Below are positions 54,945-64,000 of a stretch of DNA of 64,000 nt, piece by piece. Under the pieces are notes generated by a model. The model was given only the letters and a program-made list of their open reading frames with translations. It did not search any database and was not told where the DNA came from. Source of the DNA: Bacillota bacterium (GTDB taxonomy: Bacteria > Bacillota > Limnochordia > DTU087). The stretch is taken from positions 14,141-78,140 of the forward strand of contig JAAYHH010000011.1 in assembly GCA_012735435.1 (NCBI GenBank), written 5' to 3'. The first letter of the stretch is position 1. Each line of letters starts with the position of its first letter. The translations under genes were made by a program, and so were the position numbers.

Positions 54945-57900
54945 TTAGAAAAGTGACAGCTGGGAGGTTTTGGGAAGCCCGGCTAGTGCTCCGTGGGCAC
55001 CTAGGGTTTCAATGACCGTTCGACTGACGCCGCACCTCATCCTGATATCCTCCCATGATGCAAAGGGTCCCTCTTCCCTGCCCTGGGCCAGCATCAGGGC
55101 TGCCCCTTCCCCTACTCCCGGTACAATTGCCAGGGGCGGCCTCAGCTCTTCCCCTTCGATCACAAAGCGGTTGGGATGGGACTTGTATATGTCAACGGTA
55201 TGAAAATCTATTCCCCGGAGCATGGCCTCCATAACGACTTCAGCCACTGTCAGCAGACTTTTCTCTTTAGCAGTGGCGCTGCCGCCTTTGGCGGAAATGG
55301 AATGGATGATCTCCTTTACACCTGCAAGGCCGCCCGTGATCAGCTGAACCTCGAAGGTATTAACCCGGGTAGAAAAATAGGCAGCGTAATAGGCCAGGGG
55401 ATAATGTACCTTAAAGTACGCTATCCGGAAGGCCATGGTCACATATGCCACTGCATGGGCCTTGGGGAATAGGTAGCTGATCTTTTTGCAGGAGTCGATG
55501 TACCACTGGGGGACTCCTACTTTTTCCATGGCCTCAACGTCTTCAGGTCTTAATCCCCTTCCCTTCCGGACCCTTTCCATGATTACGAAGGCGGTCTCTG
55601 GTTCCATCCCCTTTTGAATAAGGTAATTCATGATGTCATCCCGGGTGGCGATGGCCTGGCTAAGGTCAGCAGTTCCGTTCTTGATCAACTCTTGAGCATT
55701 ATTGGTCCAGACATTGGTTCCATGGGAAAACCCGCTGATACGCACCAGTTCTCCAAAGGACTTGGGCCGGGTTTCCTCAAGCATCTGCCGGACAAAACGG
55801 GTGCCGAACTCAGGAACGCCCAAAGTCCCAACGGTAGTGCCAAGATCATCGGGGCTTATCCCTAAGGCCTCCACACTGGAGAAGATGCTCATGGTAGCAG
55901 GGTCATCAAGCGGTATATCCAGGACCGGCACTCCAGTCATATCCTCCAGCATCCGGAGCATTGTGGGATCGTCATGGCCGAGAATATCCAATTTCACCAG
56001 GTTGTCGCTGATGGCATTGTAATCAAAATGGGTAGTGATGGTGCCGCTGGCAGCATCATTGGCCGGGTACTGTACCGGTGAAAACTCGTTGATATCCCGG
56101 CCTTCGGGAACCACAATCATGCCGCCGGGGTGCTGGCCGGTGGTACGCCGCACTCCAGTACAGCCCTTGACCAGCCGGTTGATTTCAGCGGTTCTGGCAG
56201 TTTGCCCTTTGCTTTCTAAGTATTTGCACACAAAGCCGTAGCTGGTCTTCTCCGCCAGTGTGCCGATGGTGCCCGCCCGGAACACGTATTCTTTGCCGAA
56301 AAGCTCCTCTGTGTACTTATGAACACAGGCCTGATATTCCCCGGAAAAATTGAGATCTATATCAGGCACCTTTTCCCCGTGAAAGCCCATGAAAACCTCA
56401 AAGGGGATATCAAAGCCCAATTTTCGGTATTGTGTACCGCATTGACAGTGCTTGTCTGGCAGGTCGATACCAGTTTGTACTGAACCATCGGTAATAAATT
56501 CCGCATGGTGGCACTGGGGACAAACATAATGGGGCGGCAGGGGATTTACCTCGGTCACCCCGCAGAGGGTAGCCACCAGTGATGAGCCCACAGAACCCCG
56601 GGAACCTACCAGATAACCATCGCTGAGGGATTTTTTTACCAGCTTGTGGGCAATCAGATAGAGAACAGCAAATCCGTTGCCGACAATGGCATTTAGTTCC
56701 TTCTCAATCCGCTCCTTGACCAGCGGGGGCAGCGGATCACCATACAGCTTCCGGGCGTTGGCATAGGTCATCTCGGTGATCTGCTCTTCAGCTCCTTCGA
56801 TCTTGGGGGCATGCAGGCCGTCGGGGATGGGCCGCAGCTCTTCGATCATTTCCGCGATGCGATTGGGCCCGTGGATCACCACTTCCCTGGCAGTCTCTTC
56901 ATCGAGATACGCGAACTCCGCCAGCATTTCCTCAGTTGTCCGGAAAAACAAAGGTGCCTGCCTTTCAGCATCTTCATATCCTTGACCGGCCATCAGGATG
57001 CGGCGGTAGATTTCATCCCATGGATGCAGGTAGTGGACATCGCAGGTAGCCACCACCGGTTTTCCCAGACGCTCTCCTAGAGCAACAATACCCCGGTTGA
57101 TCTCCTCTAGGTCTTCTTGTGACTGGACTTTATCACCGATCATGAAGGCATTGTTGCCCAACGGCTGGATTTCCAGGTAATCATAGAAATCGGCTATTTT
57201 CATCAGCCGTTCTTCATCGCTGCCTTGCAGGAAAGCTTGGTACACTTCACCAGCTTCACATGCGGAACCGATGATGAGACCCTCTCGATACTTCTCAATC
57301 AATCGGCGGGGCAGACGGGGCCGGCGGTAGAAATACTTTAGATGGGATAGGGATACCAGTCTATACAGGTTGTGCAGGCCCTGCTGATTTCTAGCCAAAA
57401 GTACTATGTGATAGGAGGGAGCCCTGGGGTCATCCCCATCGATGAGATACCCTTCCATCCCGTAAATTATCTTGATGCCGGCCTTCTTGCCGGCGAAGTA
57501 AGCCTCGGGAAAAGCTTGGACGACGCCGTGATCCGTGATGGCAACTGCCTTGTGGCCCCAGCTTGCTGCCAATTGGATAATCTCTCCGACATCGACAGTT
57601 CCGTCCATAGCAGACATCTTGGTATGAAGATGCAGCTCAACCCGCTTTTCAGGGGCCTCATCCCGCCGAACAAATTCAGCGAGGGGCTCCTGGATCTCTA
57701 TGTCGTTGGGCAGCATAGTGAGCTCCTGGGTATAGCGATCCCACTGGACGGAGCCCCTCACCCGCAGCCAGACGCCCGGGCTGAGTTCCGGTGCCAGCCG
57801 GGGAGCATCTTCATCTTCGAAAAGCTTAAGGGTAATAGAATCGCGATAGTCGGTGAGGTCGATCATTACCAAGCGCCGACCGCTCCGGAGTTCCTTTTCC

Positions 57901-58433
57901 TCGACCTTGATGATTTCACCGGCAGTGACGTAGGAACGCTCTTCGTCGGTGATCTCAGCTATAGAACGGGGTTCCTCCCGGATAGACCGTCCCTTCAATA
58001 CGCCCCTTGAGCCTTTCTTGGCAGAGACTTCAGTTTGCTTGGGCGGGGGATCTTCGATGGCTTGGCGACTAGCCCGTTCCATTACATATGACATATAGGT
58101 AGCTTCGTCGGCAAGGAGGAGATCACTGATCGGAGGTTCAAGAGACTTGTGGTTTTCGCCAACAGCTACGTCAAAGGAAACTGACCGCACCCCTGGCAGA
58201 AATTTCACCAGGGCTTGACTTAAGGTGTCCAATTCTCGGCGACACAGTTCCCCTCCAGCTGCTAAACAGATTTTCCACTCCTGGCGTTGGCAGTGAACCA
58301 AGATTCTTTCTACAACAGCTCGGGCGGCTGTTCCTTCACAGCTTACTGGAAGTTGAGCCGCCCGCAGGAAATCTGATAGGGATTGCCCTTTGGTTCGGGG
58401 AGTTACTACATATACAGTTGCATTACCAGCCAC
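54945..58433 (-). CDS. polC: DNA polymerase III alpha subunit, PolC type, apparently lacking the inserted 3'-5' exonuclease domain
   Basis: PolC-specific N-terminal/OB region (RSGRRLVMIDLTDYRDSITLKLF). PHP motif (VELHLHTKMSAMDG ... VAITDHGVVQAFPEAY ... IIYGMEGYLIDGDDPRAPSYHIVLLARNQQGLHNLYRLVSLSH) with no intervening DEDDh exonuclease. PolC-type Zn module and polymerase core (LVGSRGSVGSSLVATLCGVTEVNPLPPHYVCPQCHHAEF). Conserved rimP/proS synteny. 1162 aa, versus roughly 1430 aa for B. subtilis PolC. Confidence 0.85.
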   Translation of the reverse strand: MAGNATVYVVTPRTKGQSLSDFLRAAQLPVSCEGTAARAVVERILVHCQRQEWKICLAAGGELCRRELDTLSQALVKFLPGVRSVSFDVAVGENHKSLEPPISDLLLADEATYMSYVMERASRQAIEDPPPKQTEVSAKKGSRGVLKGRSIREEPRSIAEITDEERSYVTAGEIIKVEEKELRSGRRLVMIDLTDYRDSITLKLFEDEDAPRLAPELSPGVWLRVRGSVQWDRYTQELTMLPNDIEIQEPLAEFVRRDEAPEKRVELHLHTKMSAMDGTVDVGEIIQLAASWGHKAVAITDHGVVQAFPEAYFAGKKAGIKIIYGMEGYLIDGDDPRAPSYHIVLLARNQQGLHNLYRLVSLSHLKYFYRRPRLPRRLIEKYREGLIIGSACEAGEVYQAFLQGSDEERLMKIADFYDYLEIQPLGNNAFMIGDKVQSQEDLEEINRGIVALGERLGKPVVATCDVHYLHPWDEIYRRILMAGQGYEDAERQAPLFFRTTEEMLAEFAYLDEETAREVVIHGPNRIAEMIEELRPIPDGLHAPKIEGAEEQITEMTYANARKLYGDPLPPLVKERIEKELNAIVGNGFAVLYLIAHKLVKKSLSDGYLVGSRGSVGSSLVATLCGVTEVNPLPPHYVCPQCHHAEFITDGSVQTGIDLPDKHCQCGTQYRKLGFDIPFEVFMGFHGEKVPDIDLNFSGEYQACVHKYTEELFGKEYVFRAGTIGTLAEKTSYGFVCKYLESKGQTARTAEINRLVKGCTGVRRTTGQHPGGMIVVPEGRDINEFSPVQYPANDAASGTITTHFDYNAISDNLVKLDILGHDDPTMLRMLEDMTGVPVLDIPLDDPATMSIFSSVEALGISPDDLGTTVGTLGVPEFGTRFVRQMLEETRPKSFGELVRISGFSHGTNVWTNNAQELIKNGTADLSQAIATRDDIMNYLIQKGMEPETAFVIMERVRKGRGLRPEDVEAMEKVGVPQWYIDSCKKISYLFPKAHAVAYVTMAFRIAYFKVHYPLAYYAAYFSTRVNTFEVQLITGGLAGVKEIIHSISAKGGSATAKEKSLLTVAEVVMEAMLRGIDFHTVDIYKSHPNRFVIEGEELRPPLAIVPGVGEGAALMLAQGREEGPFASWEDIRMRCGVSRTVIETLGAHGALAGLPKTSQLSLF

Positions 58434-58464
58434 TTTCAGGATCCTTTCCAGTTGCAGTAAGTTC

Positions 58465-59175
58465 TTACTTAGGTCCCAAAACTTTTATAATCTCCCAGTA
58501 CATCTTGAGACGGTTTCGTGCCCCTGGAATAAATCCTTGCTTTTCCTCTTTCATGACGTGGGACACATCTTTAAGCAGTACCTTTTCCACTCGAATGCCA
58601 TTGGCAGCCACATACTTGGAGATGGCTACTTCTACGCCGTACCGGCTATCTTCCAGCTGGGGGATGTCCTCGAGGATCTCCCGGCGGATAGCTCTCTGGC
58701 CCGAGAGAAAAGGCGTTATCTTCTGGGCTATAGTAGTCGGCGCCCGTCCGCCTGCAAATATCCCCACAGTCATATCTGTCCTGCCGGAAACCACCGGCTC
58801 CAGCAGGTCGTAACAGTGGGCTTCAGTGAGCCCAACTAAGTCTGCATCTACAAACAGCAATATGTCGGCTGAGGTTGCCTTGGCCCCAGCCTTCATCGCG
58901 CCGCCCTTGCCCCGGTTGGGATAGAGACTGATCACCCTTGCTCCGAGGCTGCTGGCCACTTGAGCAGTACGATCCGATGACCCATCATTGACCACGATCA
59001 CTTCATCGATGGCCTTGCACCTTTGCAGCACCTGGAGTATACTGCCGATGGTATATTCCTCGTTGTAAGCAGGAACCACGGCAGCAACCTTAGGCTTACT
59101 TGCTGCTATTTCTCCGCTACTGCGTGCGCACACACTCGGACTCCGCGATGGCTCTTGTGATTCGGTCTTGAACAT
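58465..59175 (-). CDS. family 2 glycosyltransferase (DPM1/GtrB-like)
   Basis: VVPAYNEEYTIGSIL...VIVVNDGSSDRT...VDADL are GT-A motifs including DxD. The ORF-track start overlaps proS by 59 bp, so the real start is probably an internal GTG (VAAVVPAYNEE). Confidence 0.75.
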   Translation of the reverse strand: MFKTESQEPSRSPSVCARSSGEIAASKPKVAAVVPAYNEEYTIGSILQVLQRCKAIDEVIVVNDGSSDRTAQVASSLGARVISLYPNRGKGGAMKAGAKATSADILLFVDADLVGLTEAHCYDLLEPVVSGRTDMTVGIFAGGRAPTTIAQKITPFLSGQRAIRREILEDIPQLEDSRYGVEVAISKYVAANGIRVEKVLLKDVSHVMKEEKQGFIPGARNRLKMYWEIIKVLGPK

Positions 59176-60874
59176 GACTCACCACTTCATTCAATGAGAT
59201 CAAATACTCTTCACCGGTGGCCCGCCAGCGGATTTCAACTTGTCCATCCGCCAAGCCCCGGGGCCCGACGGTAATCCTAAGGGGAAATCCAATTAAGTCA
59301 GCATCCTTGAACTTCACACCTGGACGTTCATCTCTATCGTCGATAACCGCTTCTACTCCTGCTTTGGTAAGCTCCCGGTAAATCCTCTCCGCTGTGGTTC
59401 TCTGCTGTTCATCCCGATAACTAACCGGAACAATATCTACATGATAAGGTGCAACACTGATGGGCCAGCATATACCGTCATCATCATGGCACTGCTCGAT
59501 GATGGCTGCCATTGTCCGGCTGATTCCGATGCCGTAGCAGCCCATGATCAGCGGCCGCTCGACACCATCTTCGTCGGTAAATGTGGCACCCAACGGCTCG
59601 CTGTATTTGGTTCCCAATTTGAAAACCTGTCCAACCTCAATACCTCTAGCACCCTGCAGAACGCCCTTGCCGCATGGGCATGGGTCACCGGGCTGGGCCT
59701 TGCGGATATCGACAACTTTATCTGGTACAAAATCCCGTCCCGGCTTAACACCCTGGAGGTGAACATCTACTGCATTGCCGCCCGCGATGCCGCCTTCTAT
59801 GGCCATCACCGCCGGATCAGTGATAATCTTGCAGTGCTTTAAGCCTATGGGTCCGGCAAATCCCCGGGGAGCTCCAGTCACCTCTTCGATGGTCTTATCG
59901 TCGGCAAGCTCAACCTCGAGGCAGCCAATTGCCCTGGCCAGCTTGATTTCATTCACCTCATGGTCTCCCCGCAGTACTGCGGCTACCACTTGATCGCCGC
60001 CTCGATAGATCAAAGTTTTTATCATTTCGCTGGCAGGCCGGTTAAAGAACTTCTCCAAATCCTCAATGGTCCTGACATCTGGAGTTGCGACTTCAACCAA
60101 GGGTTCCTCTCGGCCTGTGGGTTCAGCAGGCGGCGTAAGGCATTCGGCCTTCTCAACATTCGCGGCATAATCGCAGCTTGAGCAGTAGACGATTTCCGCT
60201 TCGCCTGCATCGGCTAAAGCCATGAATTCGTGGGTCTGATCTCCGCCAATAGCGCCAGAATCGGCCTCAACCGGCCTGGTAGTAAGGCCGCAGCGGGCGA
60301 AAATTCGCTCATAGGCATGGAACATTGTCCAATAGCTCTTATCCAGACCCTCCTCATCCCGGTCAAAGGAGTAGAGGTCCTTCATAATGAACTCTCTTCC
60401 TCGCATGACTCCAAATCGGGGGCGAATTTCATCTCGGTATTTATTCTGGATCTGATATAACATTAGAGGCAGCTGCCTGTAGGAGCGTACCTCATTCCTG
60501 ACCAACGCAGTTGTGATTTCCTCATGGGTAGGACCTAAACAAAACTGCCGCTCATGGCGATCGATCAGTTTAAACATCTCTTCGCCGTAATCATCCCAGC
60601 GGCCTGTCTCATGCCACAATTCTGCAGGCTGGACAATAGGCAAGAGAACCTCCTGGCCTCCGGCAGCATCCATTTCTTCCCGCACGATCTGCATAATTTT
60701 CTGCAATACCCGGAATCCCAAAGGCAGATAGGAATAAATCCCAGCCGCGACCTTTCGCATCATCGCAGCCCTCAGCATTAATCGGTGGCTTGCGATTTCA
60801 GCTTCTGCAGGAACTTCCCGTAAAGTCGGCATCAACAGCTTCGACATTCTCAATTTCAACACCCCCGAAATCAA
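59117..60874 (-). CDS. proS: prolyl-tRNA synthetase (bacterial type with INS editing domain)
   Basis: Class II aaRS motifs. Editing insertion. Anticodon-binding domain. N-terminal PTLREVPAEAEIASHRLMLRAAMMRKVAAGIYSYLPLG. Confidence 0.9.
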   Translation of the reverse strand: MISGVLKLRMSKLLMPTLREVPAEAEIASHRLMLRAAMMRKVAAGIYSYLPLGFRVLQKIMQIVREEMDAAGGQEVLLPIVQPAELWHETGRWDDYGEEMFKLIDRHERQFCLGPTHEEITTALVRNEVRSYRQLPLMLYQIQNKYRDEIRPRFGVMRGREFIMKDLYSFDRDEEGLDKSYWTMFHAYERIFARCGLTTRPVEADSGAIGGDQTHEFMALADAGEAEIVYCSSCDYAANVEKAECLTPPAEPTGREEPLVEVATPDVRTIEDLEKFFNRPASEMIKTLIYRGGDQVVAAVLRGDHEVNEIKLARAIGCLEVELADDKTIEEVTGAPRGFAGPIGLKHCKIITDPAVMAIEGGIAGGNAVDVHLQGVKPGRDFVPDKVVDIRKAQPGDPCPCGKGVLQGARGIEVGQVFKLGTKYSEPLGATFTDEDGVERPLIMGCYGIGISRTMAAIIEQCHDDDGICWPISVAPYHVDIVPVSYRDEQQRTTAERIYRELTKAGVEAVIDDRDERPGVKFKDADLIGFPLRITVGPRGLADGQVEIRWRATGEEYLISLNEVVSHVQDRITRAIAESECVRTQ

Positions 60875-60927
60875 AACAATTGTAACAGACCGTCAGAATC
60901 CCTGTCAATATCGGGGAAACGGCCCAA

Positions 60928-62070
60928 TTACCGGTTGGAGCCCTTCATATCCTTGGCCAAGTCTTCTACGGCCTTAACCAGCACATCCACTGCATCTTCT
61001 GCCGGAAACTGTCCCATTAACTTCCCTTTTCGAAAAAGCACAACCTTATCCCTACCGCCGGCAATGCCGATATCCGCATCTTTGGCCTCACCGGGTCCAT
61101 TGACTACACAGCCCATCACCGCTACCTTGAGGGGCACCGTTAGGTTCTGGAGGCGGGATTCCACTTGCTTGGCAATCTTGATAAGGTTAATCTGACAGCG
61201 TCCGCAGGTGGGACAGGATACAATCTCAATCCCACGTTGCCGAAGGCCCAGGGACTGCAGAATACCGTATGCAACCTTCACTTCCTCCACCGGATCGCCG
61301 GTCAAGGAAACCCGGATGGTATCCCCAAGGCCCATGGCGAGAATAATACCGATTCCCACGGAAGACTTGATGGTCCCGTGGAAAGTTGTCCCTGCTTCAG
61401 TAATTCCCACATGGAGAGGGTACTCCACTCGACTGGCAATCAGTTGATACGCCTGGACAGTGGTGGCAACATCGGAGGCCTTCAAGGAAACGACGATATC
61501 GTAAAAAGATTCATTCTCCAGGATCTTGATGTGCTGCAGTGCGCTTTCCACCAAGGCCTCCGGCACCCGGCCCCCGTATTTATCCAAGAGGGGTTTAGCC
61601 AGAGAGCCGGCATTTACCCCGATGCGGATTGGTATATTTCGCTCTTTAGCGGCAGACACCACTGCTTCCACTCGCTCCCGGCTTCCTATATTGCCGGGGT
61701 TGATTCGCAGTTTGCTGACACCGGCCTCCACCGCCTGTAGTGCCAGCCTGTAGTCAAAATGAATATCAGCAACAAGGGGCAGGTCAGCCTCCCTGCAGAT
61801 CTTTGACAGCGCAGCCGCAGCCTCTTGATCGGGAACCGCAAGCCGCACCAGCTCGCAGCCTGCCTCTTTGAGGGAAGCGATCTGGGCTAGAGTGGCCTTA
61901 ACATCCCGAGTATCGGTGTTGGTCATGGATTGCACAGCTATAGGTGCACCGCCTCCAATTGGCACGTCTCTAACACGGACACATCGAGTGCTGCTGCGAA
62001 GGACAATATCCCCCTGGGAAGCGTTGAACTTAATTAAAGGCATCATTGCTTGATTCAGCTCGTCTTTCAA
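60928..62070 (-). CDS. ispG: 4-hydroxy-3-methylbut-2-enyl diphosphate synthase IspG (GcpE)
   Basis: TIM-barrel portion (PIAVQSMTNTDTRDV) and the [4Fe-4S] cysteine motif (CPTCGRC). Confidence 0.9.
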   Translation of the reverse strand: MKDELNQAMMPLIKFNASQGDIVLRSSTRCVRVRDVPIGGGAPIAVQSMTNTDTRDVKATLAQIASLKEAGCELVRLAVPDQEAAAALSKICREADLPLVADIHFDYRLALQAVEAGVSKLRINPGNIGSRERVEAVVSAAKERNIPIRIGVNAGSLAKPLLDKYGGRVPEALVESALQHIKILENESFYDIVVSLKASDVATTVQAYQLIASRVEYPLHVGITEAGTTFHGTIKSSVGIGIILAMGLGDTIRVSLTGDPVEEVKVAYGILQSLGLRQRGIEIVSCPTCGRCQINLIKIAKQVESRLQNLTVPLKVAVMGCVVNGPGEAKDADIGIAGGRDKVVLFRKGKLMGQFPAEDAVDVLVKAVEDLAKDMKGSNR

Positions 62071-62187
62071 CTGGTGCTACCCTCCCTTCCAGGAAGACTG
62101 GGGAAAGCCCCTGAAGTTAATGCAAAGCCTATTCAGAACATAGCTGTTCTACCGCTGTACTTTTTGCCGCTCTCCGCCGAGCCTGGA

Positions 62188-63240
62188 TCAAAGAATACTC
62201 AACCGGGCCAGGTCCTTATAGGTGGCAAAAAGCATTAACAAGAGCAGGAAAGCCAAGCCGATAAACTGTACCAGGCCCTTCTGCTCAGGCTCCAAGGGAC
62301 GGCCCCTCACTGCCTCCCAAAGGAGCATCACCAGCCAGCCGCCGTCTAAGACCGGAATGGGCAGGAAGTTGAATAATCCCAAGTTGATGCTGAGCACCGC
62401 TGCTATGAACAAAACAAACATTATGCCCCGGTTGGCAGATTCGCCCACTATCTGGAAAATTCCTATGGGACCGGCAATATCCGGTTCGATCCTTCCGGTG
62501 ATCATCCGCACAATGGAGATCACAATATCCCTGGATACGAAATAGGTTTGCCTAAGGCCGGTATAGAGTGACTCTCCCAGGGACTGCCTCGGTTTTTCCA
62601 CCATCCCCACGCCCAGCCGAGCCCGGTTAAGTTCCGGGTCTAGTTGCGGCGTAATTGTCAGATGCAGCGTTCTATCTTCCCTGACAATTGTAATGGGAAT
62701 CTCTTCATCGGGGTAGCGGGCAACTATTCTGTTGATTTCCCCGATGGAGGTGATTTTCTCTCCAGCTACCTCGGTAACCACATCACCGGGGAGCAGCCCA
62801 ATCTGGGCAGCCGGCGAACCAGGCTCAACTATTTGTACTGTTGGGGGGATGAAGACCAACCCCATGTACAGTGCAAAAAGGAGGACAGCCAGGATAAAGT
62901 TCATGATGGGTCCTGCAGCTATCACCGCCAGCCGCTGCCAAAGGCTCTTTTGATTGAAGCTTCCCTCATCTTCATCGGGGATTATCTCATCTTCATCCTC
63001 GGGGATATCCATACCCGCCAGCTTAACAAATCCGCCGAAGGGCAGGATCCGCAGACTGTAAACGGTATCTTGTCTTCGCCGCTTCCACACAGCAGGGCCA
63101 AAGCCCAGGGCAAATTCATAGACCTTTACTCCCACAGCCTTAGCAGCAAGAAAGTGTCCCAACTCATGGACAAATATCGTCGGACCCAAAACAAGCACAA
63201 AGGCTAAGAGCAGATTCAAGGCAACCATCCTTTCTGCCAA
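62188..63240 (-). CDS. rseP: RIP zinc metalloprotease RseP/RasP (site-2 protease)
   Basis: HELGHFLAAK HExxH motif. PDZ domain. LDG motif in a C-terminal TM. Confidence 0.9.
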   Translation of the reverse strand: MAERMVALNLLLAFVLVLGPTIFVHELGHFLAAKAVGVKVYEFALGFGPAVWKRRRQDTVYSLRILPFGGFVKLAGMDIPEDEDEIIPDEDEGSFNQKSLWQRLAVIAAGPIMNFILAVLLFALYMGLVFIPPTVQIVEPGSPAAQIGLLPGDVVTEVAGEKITSIGEINRIVARYPDEEIPITIVREDRTLHLTITPQLDPELNRARLGVGMVEKPRQSLGESLYTGLRQTYFVSRDIVISIVRMITGRIEPDIAGPIGIFQIVGESANRGIMFVLFIAAVLSINLGLFNFLPIPVLDGGWLVMLLWEAVRGRPLEPEQKGLVQFIGLAFLLLLMLFATYKDLARLSIL

Positions 63241-63252
63241 GTGCCGACCAGG

Positions 63253-64000
63253 CTAAACGCCCAGCATCCTAAACAGGTACTCGCGACCTTCAGCGTCTGC
63301 CTCCAGTATATCTTCAAGGTCGGGTTTCATTACCCCTTGGTGCTGTTCCAAAGCTGCTTCGATCAGACGGGGAATATCGGTAAAACCGATCCGCCCCTGC
63401 ATAAAGGCCTGCACCGCCACCTCGTTGGCAGCGTTTAACACTGTGGGAAAGGTACCTCCTGCAGCCAACGCTTCATAGGCCAAGGGGAGACAGGGAAATC
63501 GCTCAGCATCGGGAGCCTCAAAGTCTAGCCGGCCCACTTCGGTCAAGGAAAGTCTTTCCACCGGACTGCTCAGCCTCTCCGGGAATGTCAGAGCGTACTG
63601 GATAGGCAGCCGCATATCGGCAACTCCCAGCTGAGCTATGACGCTTCCGTCACTGAGCTCAACTAATGAATGGACGATGCTTTGGGGATGGATCACCACC
63701 TCAATGCGGTCCGGCGGCACTTGGAACAGCCAGTGGGCTTCAATGACCTCCAAACCCTTGTTCATGAGGGTGGCAGAATCGATGGTGATTTTCCCGCCCA
63801 TGTTCCAGGTGGGATGGGCCAGGGCTTCTTCAACGGTAACTCGCTCCAGCTCATCCTTGGTACTCTCTCGGAAAGGACCTCCGGAGGCAGTTAGAATTAC
63901 TTTATGCAAATCCCGGTCCCCTACACCCTGCAGGCACTGGAAGATGGCGCTGTGTTCGCTGTCGACTGGAAGGAGCCGAACATTGTGCTCTCTGACTGCA
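63253..64000 (-). CDS. dxr: 1-deoxy-D-xylulose 5-phosphate reductoisomerase (C-terminal part; the 5' end lies beyond the window)
   Basis: The frame stays open to the window edge, reading ...[35 protein letters not shown]..., which is the Dxr catalytic/C-terminal region. Confidence 0.9.
   Translation of the reverse strand, partial: AVREHNVRLLPVDSEHSAIFQCLQGVGDRDLHKVILTASGGPFRESTKDELERVTVEEALAHPTWNMGGKITIDSATLMNKGLEVIEAHWLFQVPPDRIEVVIHPQSIVHSLVELSDGSVIAQLGVADMRLPIQYALTFPERLSSPVERLSLTEVGRLDFEAPDAERFPCLPLAYEALAAGGTFPTVLNAANEVAVQAFMQGRIGFTDIPRLIEAALEQHQGVMKPDLEDILEADAEGREYLFRMLGV

Noticed and set aside
60875-60927. T-box or riboswitch leader upstream of proS
   Set aside because: The gap to ispG is only 53 bp, which is too short for a T-box. 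proS is probably co-transcribed with ispG.
1-64000. CRISPR arrays, tRNA, rRNA and IS elements
   Set aside because: No regularly spaced direct repeats, no tRNA-like T-arm (GTTCGAATC-type) consensus, no rRNA-like conserved stretches, and no transposase ORFs were seen anywhere in the window.

Overview
This window looks like a chromosomal core region of a spore-forming Firmicute with mid-to-high GC, and gene order in several blocks follows Bacillus subtilis. From 5' to 3' it contains: a XerC/D-family tyrosine recombinase; yneA-like and lexA genes transcribed divergently, with three Cheo-type LexA boxes between them; sigH, speD, dapL, and a spoVK-like gene with a small GTPase; hfq-miaA-mutL-mutS on the minus strand; miaB; a phoU-pstB-pstA-pstC operon with no adjacent pstS; a tightly packed five-gene minus-strand cluster of exbB, exbD, a TonB-like gene, a large secreted lipoprotein and an Ompα-like protein (signal peptide, SLH domain, long coiled coil, C-terminal membrane helix); a SASP-like gene; dacF-spoIIAA-spoIIAB-sigF; deoB, pdp and spoIIM; an EndoQ-like PHP nuclease next to a DUF3866-like gene; and the classical pnp-rpsO-ribF-truB-nrnA-rbfA-infB-ylxQ-ylxR-nusA-rimP-polC-proS-ispG-rseP-dxr block. 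Nearly all genes lie on the minus strand. I found no rRNA, tRNA, CRISPR array or obvious IS element. The two observations of highest interest are these. First, the syntenic PolC has the PolC-type N-terminal and OB regions but an uninterrupted PHP domain, so the whole inserted 3'-5' proofreading exonuclease appears to be missing. Second, an ExbB/ExbD/TonB-like energizer looks operonic with an Ompα-like tether and a large lipoprotein, with no TonB-dependent receptor nearby. That suggests either a diderm-type envelope in a sporulating Firmicute or an uncharacterized PMF-driven envelope system.
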